Source: an uncultured bacterium (lineage in GTDB: Bacteria; Chlamydiota; Chlamydiia; Chlamydiales; VGMA01). From it: a stretch of 64,000 nucleotides of DNA. This document shows, piece after piece, positions 21,281-29,314 of this stretch. The position numbers and the translations under genes were made by a program. How positions within the stretch are numbered: position 1 is the first letter of the stretch; every line of letters begins with the position of its first letter. The notes beneath the pieces were generated by a model. The model saw only the letters and a list, made by a program, of their open reading frames with translations, was not told where the DNA came from and searched no databases. The stretch covers positions 84,453-148,452 of the forward strand of contig CAZZMO010000003.1 of the NCBI GenBank assembly GCA_964655475.1. The letters run 5' to 3'.

Positions 21281-21894
21281 GACAGGTACGCTTTACAAAA
21301 ATTGAATTGAAGCACCAAAGTGATAAGCTTAAGCTTCTCAACCAGTATCTTCCTTCTTTGAAGTTAAAGAAATTGATGCTGCAAGCAGAAGTCAATAAGG
21401 TTACTGAGGAGCTCAAAATAGCTGAAGATTTGCTGAAGAAAGAGTATCAGACAATCCTCTCCTTCGGACAGATCTTAGGTGAGGCCCCTTTATTTGACTT
21501 AATGGAGAGTATCCATGTCGAGAAGGTCATTTGCGACCAGGAGAACATTGCTGGAGCTGAGATCCCTCTCTTCCGCGACTGTATATTTGGAAAAGCAGAT
21601 GGCCTTCTCTTTAACCGCCCTTGGTGGGTAGATGAAGCGAGCCACTTTTTAAAAGAGCTCATTCGGATGAAAGAAAAGGTTAAAGTAGTCCAAAAGAAGA
21701 AAGAGATCTTAGAAAAGGAACTTCGAGAGGTCTCGATTCGGGTCAATCTATTTGAAAAAGTCCTCATCCCAAGAACAGAACATCTGATTCATCAGATCAA
21801 GATTTTCTTGGGAGATCTCGATTTACAAGCGATTTCTCAGGCAAAAATGGCAAAATTCAAATTACTTAAAAAGAAAGAGGCCCTCCAAGCATGA
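21274..21894 (+). CDS. atpD: V-type ATP synthase subunit D
   Basis: 206 aa coiled-coil protein in the conserved operon position, overlapping the atpB stop. Confidence 0.9.
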   Translation: MVGQVRFTKIELKHQSDKLKLLNQYLPSLKLKKLMLQAEVNKVTEELKIAEDLLKKEYQTILSFGQILGEAPLFDLMESIHVEKVICDQENIAGAEIPLFRDCIFGKADGLLFNRPWWVDEASHFLKELIRMKEKVKVVQKKKEILEKELREVSIRVNLFEKVLIPRTEHLIHQIKIFLGDLDLQAISQAKMAKFKLLKKKEALQA

Positions 21895-23804
21895 TCCCTA
21901 AGATGAAAAAATTTCTTTTTGCCGGCGCTAAAGATGATATGGATGCATTCTTCTCTAGAGCCCAAGAAATGGGTCAAATGGAGTTCATCTCTTTAACTTC
22001 GAAAAAGCCAGAATCCCTTCCTGATAGTGCTAAGCAGATCATCGATGCTTTGAAGATTCTCAAAAAGCAGCCAGTTTGCACCCAAGCATTTGCTTCCTAT
22101 TTTGATGCAAAAACGAAAGTGAAAAACATCTTATTTCATCAAAAAGAGATCGAAAATTTTCATGAAAAGATGAGAATCTTGAAGGCAGAGATTGCCCGGA
22201 TTCAACCTTTTGGTGAATTCTCGCTGAAAGATATTGGAAATCTTCGTCATGAATCTCATAAGAGTGTGCAATTCTTTGTTGCAAGACACAGTAAATTGCA
22301 AGATGCTGTTTTGCCTGATTCGGTGATCTACATCAATTCAGAGTTTGACCAAGACTACTTCCTTTACGTAGGTGATGGACCTCTTCACCATCCATTGCTG
22401 ACAGAGATTATCATCACCACTTCGTTAGAAGATCTCAATAGTCAGTATGATAGGGTTCGCGAAAAGTCTGAAAAACTCGAAAGGGAACTAAAAGAGCTTG
22501 CAGCCTATATCCACAGCATACAAGAAGCCCTTGCAGAAGAGCTCAACCGGATCCACCTTCAGCAAGCAAAAAACATGGTCGATTTTCAGGTAGAAGGGTT
22601 TATTTTCTTCATTGAGGCTTGGATTCCTGAAAATAAAGTGGCGACTATTTTAGCTCTCATTGATGGCCTAGCTGTTGTTTCTGAAGAGGTCGCAATTGAG
22701 TCTACCGATGTAATTCCAACTTATATGGAAAATCAGGGATTTGCTGCGATTGGGGAAGACCTCGTGAATGTCTACGATACACCTGCCATCACAGATAAAG
22801 ATCCATCAGCATGGGTCATTTGGGCCTTTGCCCTCTTTTTTGCGATGATTGTTGCTGATGCAGGCTATGGATTTATCTACCTTATGGTAGCGATTACTTT
22901 GTGGGTTAAATTTCCGAAATGGACAGGGCATAAGCTTCGGCTGAAAAAATTGATCACGATCCTCTCCTCATTTTGTATTCTATGGGGAGTGTTGATTGGC
23001 TCATACTTTAGTATTCAGATCAGTCCTGAAAATTCTTTGAATAAAGTATCTGGACTCTATTATTTAGCAACCAAGAAGGTAGATTATCACTTAGCTGTCA
23101 AAGATGATACATATCAAGACTGGCTCACTTTATACCCAGAAATCAGTGGTGCGACTACTCCTCTAGAGTGTTTTACAAAAGGGGTTGTGACGAAAGGGCA
23201 TAGCATTGAGTATAAACTTCTTGGTAATGTCTATGATACGTTACTTCTTGAGATTGCTCTTATTGTGGGGATGATCCACCTTTCCTTATCGCTTCTAAGA
23301 AGCATTAGGAAGAATGTGAGTGGAGCAGGTTGGCTCATGTTCATTGCAGGGGGCTATTTATACTTCCCGAGCCTTTTAGGGGCAGATTCTCTCATGTATT
23401 ATCTTGGGATCATCACTCCTGAGGTTGCAGCCGCTCTCGGCTGGCAGCTTCTTGCCGTTGGAACTGTCTTTGCGATCATTGCAGCGGTAGTTCAAGAGAG
23501 ACTCGGTGGACTTGGGGAGATATTAAAATCGATTCAAATTTTTGCGGATGCTCTTTCCTATCTTCGTCTTTACGCACTTGGAATGGCTAGTATGATCATG
23601 GCTGTTACATTCAACGAGTTAGGTGAAATGGTTGGCTTGACCTTCGGGATTTTCATCATCATCATCGGTCACATGGTCAATATTACGATCGGTATTATGG
23701 GAGGAGTCATCCATGGCCTTCGTCTCAATTTCCTCGAGTGGTATCACTACTGCTTTGAAGGGGGAGGAAAGGCTTTTAAACCATTAAAAATTATCAAAAT
23801 GTAA
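21891..23804 (+). CDS. atpI: V-type ATP synthase subunit I (a-subunit)
   Basis: 637 aa with a soluble N-terminal half and a multi-TM C-terminal half. The conserved Arg context is LSYLRLYALGMAS. Confidence 0.9.
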   Translation: MIPKMKKFLFAGAKDDMDAFFSRAQEMGQMEFISLTSKKPESLPDSAKQIIDALKILKKQPVCTQAFASYFDAKTKVKNILFHQKEIENFHEKMRILKAEIARIQPFGEFSLKDIGNLRHESHKSVQFFVARHSKLQDAVLPDSVIYINSEFDQDYFLYVGDGPLHHPLLTEIIITTSLEDLNSQYDRVREKSEKLERELKELAAYIHSIQEALAEELNRIHLQQAKNMVDFQVEGFIFFIEAWIPENKVATILALIDGLAVVSEEVAIESTDVIPTYMENQGFAAIGEDLVNVYDTPAITDKDPSAWVIWAFALFFAMIVADAGYGFIYLMVAITLWVKFPKWTGHKLRLKKLITILSSFCILWGVLIGSYFSIQISPENSLNKVSGLYYLATKKVDYHLAVKDDTYQDWLTLYPEISGATTPLECFTKGVVTKGHSIEYKLLGNVYDTLLLEIALIVGMIHLSLSLLRSIRKNVSGAGWLMFIAGGYLYFPSLLGADSLMYYLGIITPEVAAALGWQLLAVGTVFAIIAAVVQERLGGLGEILKSIQIFADALSYLRLYALGMASMIMAVTFNELGEMVGLTFGIFIIIIGHMVNITIGIMGGVIHGLRLNFLEWYHYCFEGGGKAFKPLKIIKM

Positions 23805-23819
23805 AAGGAGAATCAGAAA

Positions 23820-24257
23820 ATGGACTGTTGTTTTTGGGATCTAAAAATGGTTGGCCCAGCAATTTGCCTAGGATTGGGATGTATCGGGAGCGCTATTGGT
23901 TGTGCGATTGCAGGTATGGCATCTCACGGTGTTATGGCAAGAGTAGAAGAAGGGCATGGTAAATTCATCGGGATTTCAGCGGTTCCTTCTTCACAAATGA
24001 TCTATTCGTTTGTTCTTATGTTGCTCATGAAGAATGCAGTACTTGCTGGATCGATCAGCCCTCACTCAGCGATTGCAATGGGGATCTTTTCAGGTGGTGC
24101 GATTATGGCAGCTGCGATTTATCAAGGGATGTGCGGTGCTACAGCGATTCATGCAGTAGCGAAGCAGCCTTCTTTATTTGGTAAGTGCTTTGCTGCTTTA
24201 GGGATTGTAGAATCTTTCGCACTTTTTGCTTTCGTTTTTTCTCTTCTCATACTATAG
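23820..24257 (+). CDS. atpK: V-type ATP synthase proteolipid subunit K
   Basis: 145 aa, four hydrophobic helices rich in Gly/Ala; AAGGAGA RBS 9 nt upstream. Confidence 0.85.
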   Translation: MDCCFWDLKMVGPAICLGLGCIGSAIGCAIAGMASHGVMARVEEGHGKFIGISAVPSSQMIYSFVLMLLMKNAVLAGSISPHSAIAMGIFSGGAIMAAAIYQGMCGATAIHAVAKQPSLFGKCFAALGIVESFALFAFVFSLLIL

Positions 24258-24264
24258 AAGAAGA

Positions 24265-25650
24265 ATGACCACCCGCAAAGAAAAAGATACTATGGGGGAG
24301 ATTGACGTCCCCTCAGAACGCTATTGGGGAGCCCAGACCCAGAGGTCTTTAGAAAATTTCCCAATTGGTAAAGAGAAGGTACCTTTTCCTGTCGTTTTAG
24401 CCCTCGTGCAAGTCAAAAAGGCAGCAGCGTTTGTAAACGCTGAGCTTGGAGTCTTGGACGAGGAGCGTAAGTCTCTCATTGTAAAAGCCGCAGATTGGAT
24501 ATTGAATAGTCATCCAACTGAAGAATTTCCACTCGTTGTCTGGCAGACAGGTTCTGGCACTCAGTCAAATATGAATGTCAATGAAGTGATTGCCAATTAT
24601 GCCAATGAGCTCGCAGGGGGAAAGAAAGGGGAAAAGAGCCCCATTCATCCCAATGATCACGTCAATAAAAGTCAGTCTTCTAATGATGTATTTCCAACTG
24701 CAACACATATCGCAGCAGTTTTGGAGATTGAAAAAAGGCTCCTTCCTGCCCTCCAATTTTTACTCGCGTCTCTTCAGGCCAAGGAAAGAGAGTTTCAAGG
24801 GATCATCAAAATTGGTAGAACCCATTTGATGGATGCAACTCCAATGACTCTCGGACAGGAGTTTTCCGCATTTAGAGAGCAGATTGAAGATGCAATTCAA
24901 GGGATTGAAGCAGCTCTACCTAAAATGAGAGAGATCGCATTAGGTGGTACAGCGGTAGGTACTGGTCTTAACACTCCTCTTCACTACGCTGAAAGGATGG
25001 CACAGCAGATTTCCCTCCTGACAGGGAGTCGATTCATCTCTGCTCCGAATAAGTTCCAGGCTTTGAGTACAATCGATGCCCAGATTGCCATGAGTGGTGC
25101 TTTGAGAAGCCTAGCTGTTGTGATGATGAAGATGGCAAATGACATCCGCCTTTTAGGCTCAGGTCCCCGCTGTGGGATTGGTGAGCTCTTACTGCCTGAA
25201 AATGAGCCAGGATCCTCCATCATGCCTGGAAAAGTGAACCCGACGCAATCAGAATCGCTGACTCAAATTGCGGCCCAGGTGATGGGAAATGACCTTTCGA
25301 TCAGCATTAGTGGAGCAAGTGGTCAGCTCCAGCTCAATGTTTTTAGACCGATGGTGATTTATAACTTACTTCAATCGATTCATTTACTCACTGATGGTGC
25401 AGAAAGTTTTGTCAAACGATGCCTTCATGGCCTTCGTCCGAATCGCCCTAAGATTCAGCAGCATCTCGATCACTCTCTCATGCTAGTGACTGCACTTGCC
25501 CCCCATATTGGGTATGATAGTGCAGCAAAGATTGCAAAGTATGCTCATGAGAAGCATCTTACACTCAAACAAGCAGCTTTAGAGCTAGGTCTTGTTTCAA
25601 ATGTCGATTTCGATCGCTTCGTCGATCCTTCCAAAATGTTAGGAAGATAG
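24265..25650 (+). CDS. fumC: Class II fumarate hydratase
   Basis: Start trimmed to 24265 (MTTRKEKDTMGEIDVP). It has GSSIMPGKVNPTQSE (the fumarase/aspartase signature) and TGSGTQSNMN. Confidence 0.95.
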   Translation: MTTRKEKDTMGEIDVPSERYWGAQTQRSLENFPIGKEKVPFPVVLALVQVKKAAAFVNAELGVLDEERKSLIVKAADWILNSHPTEEFPLVVWQTGSGTQSNMNVNEVIANYANELAGGKKGEKSPIHPNDHVNKSQSSNDVFPTATHIAAVLEIEKRLLPALQFLLASLQAKEREFQGIIKIGRTHLMDATPMTLGQEFSAFREQIEDAIQGIEAALPKMREIALGGTAVGTGLNTPLHYAERMAQQISLLTGSRFISAPNKFQALSTIDAQIAMSGALRSLAVVMMKMANDIRLLGSGPRCGIGELLLPENEPGSSIMPGKVNPTQSESLTQIAAQVMGNDLSISISGASGQLQLNVFRPMVIYNLLQSIHLLTDGAESFVKRCLHGLRPNRPKIQQHLDHSLMLVTALAPHIGYDSAAKIAKYAHEKHLTLKQAALELGLVSNVDFDRFVDPSKMLGR

Positions 25651-25674
25651 CTTCTTTTTTTGTAAATCAAGAGT

Positions 25675-26181
25675 TTACTTCTGTTTTCTACTATTTAAGG
25701 GGCATCCTAGTCTTGCAAGGAGAAACCTAGTAAAGAAGATTGGATGTTGAATGACCGTTTTCAAAATGGTCCAGAGGGTAATGCTCTTGGTTTTTTTTGT
25801 AATCGGTTCAGGTTGATCAAGAAGTGCATCTTCTAACCATTCTGGATAGGGTGGGGGGAAGAGCTTTGGAAGTGCGTGAAGTGGAAAGAGGCGTACATCC
25901 AGTGTCTCTTCTTCAGAGGGTTTTCCAATCTCGAGGATTTCACATTCAAAGAAGTGTGTGGGCTTAATGAAAGCGCCACTCTTTTCATAGAAAGCAACTT
26001 TCCGTTTAATTCTCACGATAAAGCCCATCTCTTCTTGAACTTCTCTTACGATTGCCTCTTCAGGAGATTCGTTTAGATCGATGCCACCCCCTGGAAAAAC
26101 CCAGACAGGAACATCTCTTCTCTTCATGAGATAGAGGGCTTTGCGGTCGGAAGAAAAAAGGATTGCAGCAACACTAGACAT
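25675..26181 (-). CDS. NUDIX hydrolase
   Basis: 168 aa with the Nudix box GGGIDLNESPEEAIVREVQEEMGF. Confidence 0.85.
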   Translation of the reverse strand: MSSVAAILFSSDRKALYLMKRRDVPVWVFPGGGIDLNESPEEAIVREVQEEMGFIVRIKRKVAFYEKSGAFIKPTHFFECEILEIGKPSEEETLDVRLFPLHALPKLFPPPYPEWLEDALLDQPEPITKKTKSITLWTILKTVIQHPIFFTRFLLARLGCPLNSRKQK

Positions 26182-26211
26182 AAACTCACAGGATCACATA
26201 AAATTAACAGA

Positions 26212-26673
26212 ATGAAAATTGTTTGTCTTTCATTACTAGCGTTTTTTTTCACTTCATGTGGCCCTCACTTTCTACTTGTGAAAGATGAGCTAGTCACTAA
26301 GCAACGACTTGCTTCGAATTTTGTTAAATCTCCAGATCCTGATCGTGAGCAATTTAAGAAAGGCAAGCAGCTGATTGTTGAGTGGATGCTCCCACAAGAG
26401 TACAGAAGCGCTAAAGATCTGACTCTTCAATTACATCTCATCTATGGAAACTTGGAAGAGGAAGTGGTCGAATATCCAGTTAAAATGTGGGCAGGTTACG
26501 TCACTCATCTTCTCATTGATCCAAAGTTTACGCAAAAGAAAGGGCTTGTGAGCTACAAGGCAGAGATTGTCAATTCTCAACAAGAAGTCATCGAGTCTTT
26601 TGAGCAGCAGCTTTGGGTTTCTCTATTAAAGCACCGCACTCTCCAGAAGAATCCTTCGGGTAAAACTGTCTAA
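26212..26673 (+). CDS. Hypothetical lipoprotein
   Basis: 153 aa; signal peptide with lipobox FFTSC (MKIVCLSLLAFFFTSCG). Confidence 0.6.
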   Translation: MKIVCLSLLAFFFTSCGPHFLLVKDELVTKQRLASNFVKSPDPDREQFKKGKQLIVEWMLPQEYRSAKDLTLQLHLIYGNLEEEVVEYPVKMWAGYVTHLLIDPKFTQKKGLVSYKAEIVNSQQEVIESFEQQLWVSLLKHRTLQKNPSGKTV

Positions 26674-26676
26674 CGT

Positions 26677-27711
26677 TTATCTTCTTATGCTCATTGGAAG
26701 ACGCTCTGAAGCTCTGATCAAGAGTCTTTCTGTTGTTTCAAAATCAAGACAGGGATCTGTTACAGAGAGATCGGGATCAATAAAGGAAGATCCGATCGTA
26801 ATTTGTTGCCGTCCACGTTTTGTGTAACTTTCGAGCATCATTCCCATGATAGGGGCGCTCCCTTCGACGATTTGCTCTAAGACATTTTCAAAGCAGGCGA
26901 CTTGATTTTCTGCAATCTTTTGGCTATTGCCATGGGCGCAATCGACCAATATTCTTGAGTGGATTTCATGAGAGGCCTGTTCGTGGAGAACTTTTTGGAT
27001 CGAGCGACTTGTGTAGTTGGGATGTTCAGCTCCACCTCGCAAGACGATGTGCGTGAATGGGTTCCCTTTTGAAGAAATGGTGCTGAGTTGCCCCTCTGGA
27101 TTACAGCCTAAACATCTATGAGGGTGGCGCGAAGTTTCAATCGATTGAAGTGCAATTAATGTGTCACCATCGAGAGAATTTTTAAACCCTACAGGGATAG
27201 TCATTTGTGAAACAAATTGCCGATGAACGGCAGAGGAGACCGTTCTTGCACCGATGAATCCCCAGCTCACTAAATCATCAAAATAGCTGAACATGAGTGG
27301 ATCGACAATTTCGATGGCGATCGGAATATAGAGATGGGAAATTTCGATGAGAAGCTCTCTTGCCATTTTGACGCCTGTCTCGAGATCATTTGATCCATCG
27401 AGAAAAGGATCATAAGCCAGTCCGCGCCAACCAGTCTGCGTGCGTGATTTTTCAATGTATGTGCGCATTACAATGAAGATGTTCTCATCCAAAGAGTTAG
27501 AGAGATCTTTGAGTCGTTTTGCATAATCTATGATCCCTTGTGTGCTGTGAACGGAGCAAGGTCCTAGGACGAATGCAATCTGATGCTTCTTATAATGAAG
27601 GAGTTGCTTAATGTTATCTCTAGATTCGTGAACAAATCGTTCTATCTCGGGATGAACGGGGAGTAACGCCTTCAATTGTGAAGGAGAAATCATAGGAAAA
27701 TACAAAGTCAT
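26677..27711 (-). CDS. aroG: 3-deoxy-7-phosphoheptulonate (DAHP) synthase, class I (AroG/F/H type)
   Basis: 344 aa; LGPCSVHS and EKSRTQTGWRGLAYDP correspond to the GPCSIHD and KPRT..GWKGL motifs of class I DAHP synthases. Confidence 0.9.
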   Translation of the reverse strand: MTLYFPMISPSQLKALLPVHPEIERFVHESRDNIKQLLHYKKHQIAFVLGPCSVHSTQGIIDYAKRLKDLSNSLDENIFIVMRTYIEKSRTQTGWRGLAYDPFLDGSNDLETGVKMARELLIEISHLYIPIAIEIVDPLMFSYFDDLVSWGFIGARTVSSAVHRQFVSQMTIPVGFKNSLDGDTLIALQSIETSRHPHRCLGCNPEGQLSTISSKGNPFTHIVLRGGAEHPNYTSRSIQKVLHEQASHEIHSRILVDCAHGNSQKIAENQVACFENVLEQIVEGSAPIMGMMLESYTKRGRQQITIGSSFIDPDLSVTDPCLDFETTERLLIRASERLPMSIRR

Positions 27712-27889
27712 GCAGTGAAGATCTCATAAACTTCTTTTTTTGGGTAGTCCTCAGGAGAAAATGGTCAGCAATCTTTCATAGGAGAAGATTTTTTGGAGGC
27801 AAAAAAAGAATTCTTATGAATTATGAGTAGAAAAAGATCTGTGAAACAGATAGGATATAGGGGATTTTTTATAACTATCAGGGACTAGA

Positions 27890-29281
27890 ATGGATACGAC
27901 ACTAGAATGGATGAACGCGATCAATAAGTGGGTGTGGGGTCCGCCCCTACTCATTCTTATGGTTGTCGTGGGACTGTATTTAACTTTTCGATTACGGGGA
28001 TTGCAATTTCGCTATCTTTGGTATGCTCACAAATTGGCTTTTGTGCGGCATGACGATAAAGCTCAAGGGGATATAAGTCATTTCCAAGCTTTGATGACGG
28101 CGCTTGCTGCCACAATTGGTATTGGTAGCATTACGGGAGTGGCTACTGCGATTGCAATTGGTGGTCTCGGGGCTATTTTTTGGATGTGGGTTGCTGCTTT
28201 ATTTGGGATGGCCACAAAATATGCAGAAGCGATTCTCGCTGTGAAGTACCGCATTGTCGATGAAAATGGGCAGATGTGTGGTGGTCCGATGTATTACCTA
28301 GAAAAGGGACTCGGATCGAAATTTCTAGCAGTGACATTCGCTATCATGGGAGCGATTACGGCACTTGGAACGGGCAACATGGTTCAGTCGAATTCTGTGT
28401 CGACGGCTGTTGTTGAGCTCTTTCCGATCAGCCCTTTTTGGGTAGGGATTATCTTAATGGTGATTACTGGATTGCCACTCATTGGTGGTATTAGAAGTAT
28501 CAGCAAGATTGTCAGTATCTTAGTTCCAGCCATGGCGATATTCTACTTCGTTGGAAGCATCACAGTTGTCTTTTTTAACATTAGACAAGTGCCAGAAGCT
28601 CTTCGTATGATCGTAGAAACAGCGTTCACTGGACAGGCTGCGACGGGGGGATTTGTAGGCTCAACGATCATGCTTGCGATCCAGTTAGGGGTTTCTCGCG
28701 GCGTCTTTTCCAGTGAGGCAGGTCTCGGAAGCTCTCCAATCGCTGCCGCTGCTGCAAAGACAGATTCGCCGGGTCGTCAGGCTTTGGTATCGATGTCGAG
28801 CGTATTCATCACGACAGGGATTGTCTGTACACTCACAGGTCTTGTAATTGCAACGACAAATGTACTCGGTGGGTATGGCGCAGATGGAAAGCTCTTAAAT
28901 GGTTCCGCGCTAGCACTTGCCGCGTTTAATAAAGTGATTCCTCAAGGGGGGCTCTTTGTAACGATTGCGCTCATTCCATTTGCCTATTCGACGATATTGG
29001 GATGGGCATACTATGGAGAAAAGTGTGTAGAGTATCTCTTCGGCATTAAAGCGACGATTCTCTACCGGATCCTTTTCACTGCGCTCGTTCTTCCTGGAGC
29101 GATGCTCGATCTCGAAATCGTTTGGGCTTTTGCGAACATCATGAATGGACTCATGGCGTTTCCGAACCTTGTCGGTCTATTTTTCTTAACGGGGATTGTT
29201 GCCAGAGAGACTAAACTTTTTGAAATCATCATCAAGAAAGAAAAAGAAGAGAAGATCAAACAGCGAAAAGCTGGTGCTTAA
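27890..29281 (+). CDS. Sodium:alanine (alanine/glycine:cation) symporter, AGCS family
   Basis: 463 aa, ~11 TM. The N-terminus (INKWVWGPPLLILMVVVGLYLTFRLRGLQFRYL) and FQALMTALAATIGIGSITGVATAI are typical of AgcS. Confidence 0.9.
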   Translation: MDTTLEWMNAINKWVWGPPLLILMVVVGLYLTFRLRGLQFRYLWYAHKLAFVRHDDKAQGDISHFQALMTALAATIGIGSITGVATAIAIGGLGAIFWMWVAALFGMATKYAEAILAVKYRIVDENGQMCGGPMYYLEKGLGSKFLAVTFAIMGAITALGTGNMVQSNSVSTAVVELFPISPFWVGIILMVITGLPLIGGIRSISKIVSILVPAMAIFYFVGSITVVFFNIRQVPEALRMIVETAFTGQAATGGFVGSTIMLAIQLGVSRGVFSSEAGLGSSPIAAAAAKTDSPGRQALVSMSSVFITTGIVCTLTGLVIATTNVLGGYGADGKLLNGSALALAAFNKVIPQGGLFVTIALIPFAYSTILGWAYYGEKCVEYLFGIKATILYRILFTALVLPGAMLDLEIVWAFANIMNGLMAFPNLVGLFFLTGIVARETKLFEIIIKKEKEEKIKQRKAGA

Positions 29282-29288
29282 TTCTATC

Positions 29289-29314
29289 AAAAGGGCTCTA
29301 TTCAGAGCCCTTTT
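29289..29314. terminator. Bidirectional hairpin terminator between symporter gene and valS
   Basis: AAAAGGGCTC (29289-98) / TATTCA / GAGCCCTTTT (29305-14). The right arm encodes the last valS codons (..KGL stop). Confidence 0.6.

Noticed and set aside
27712-27889. Glycine/alanine riboswitch upstream of the sodium:alanine symporter (two AGGAGAA units, GGAGGCAA)
   Set aside because: The conserved glycine-aptamer cores (CUCUGGAGAG, ACCGAAGGGGCAA, paired P1/P3 helices) are absent, and the segment is too short and unstructured.
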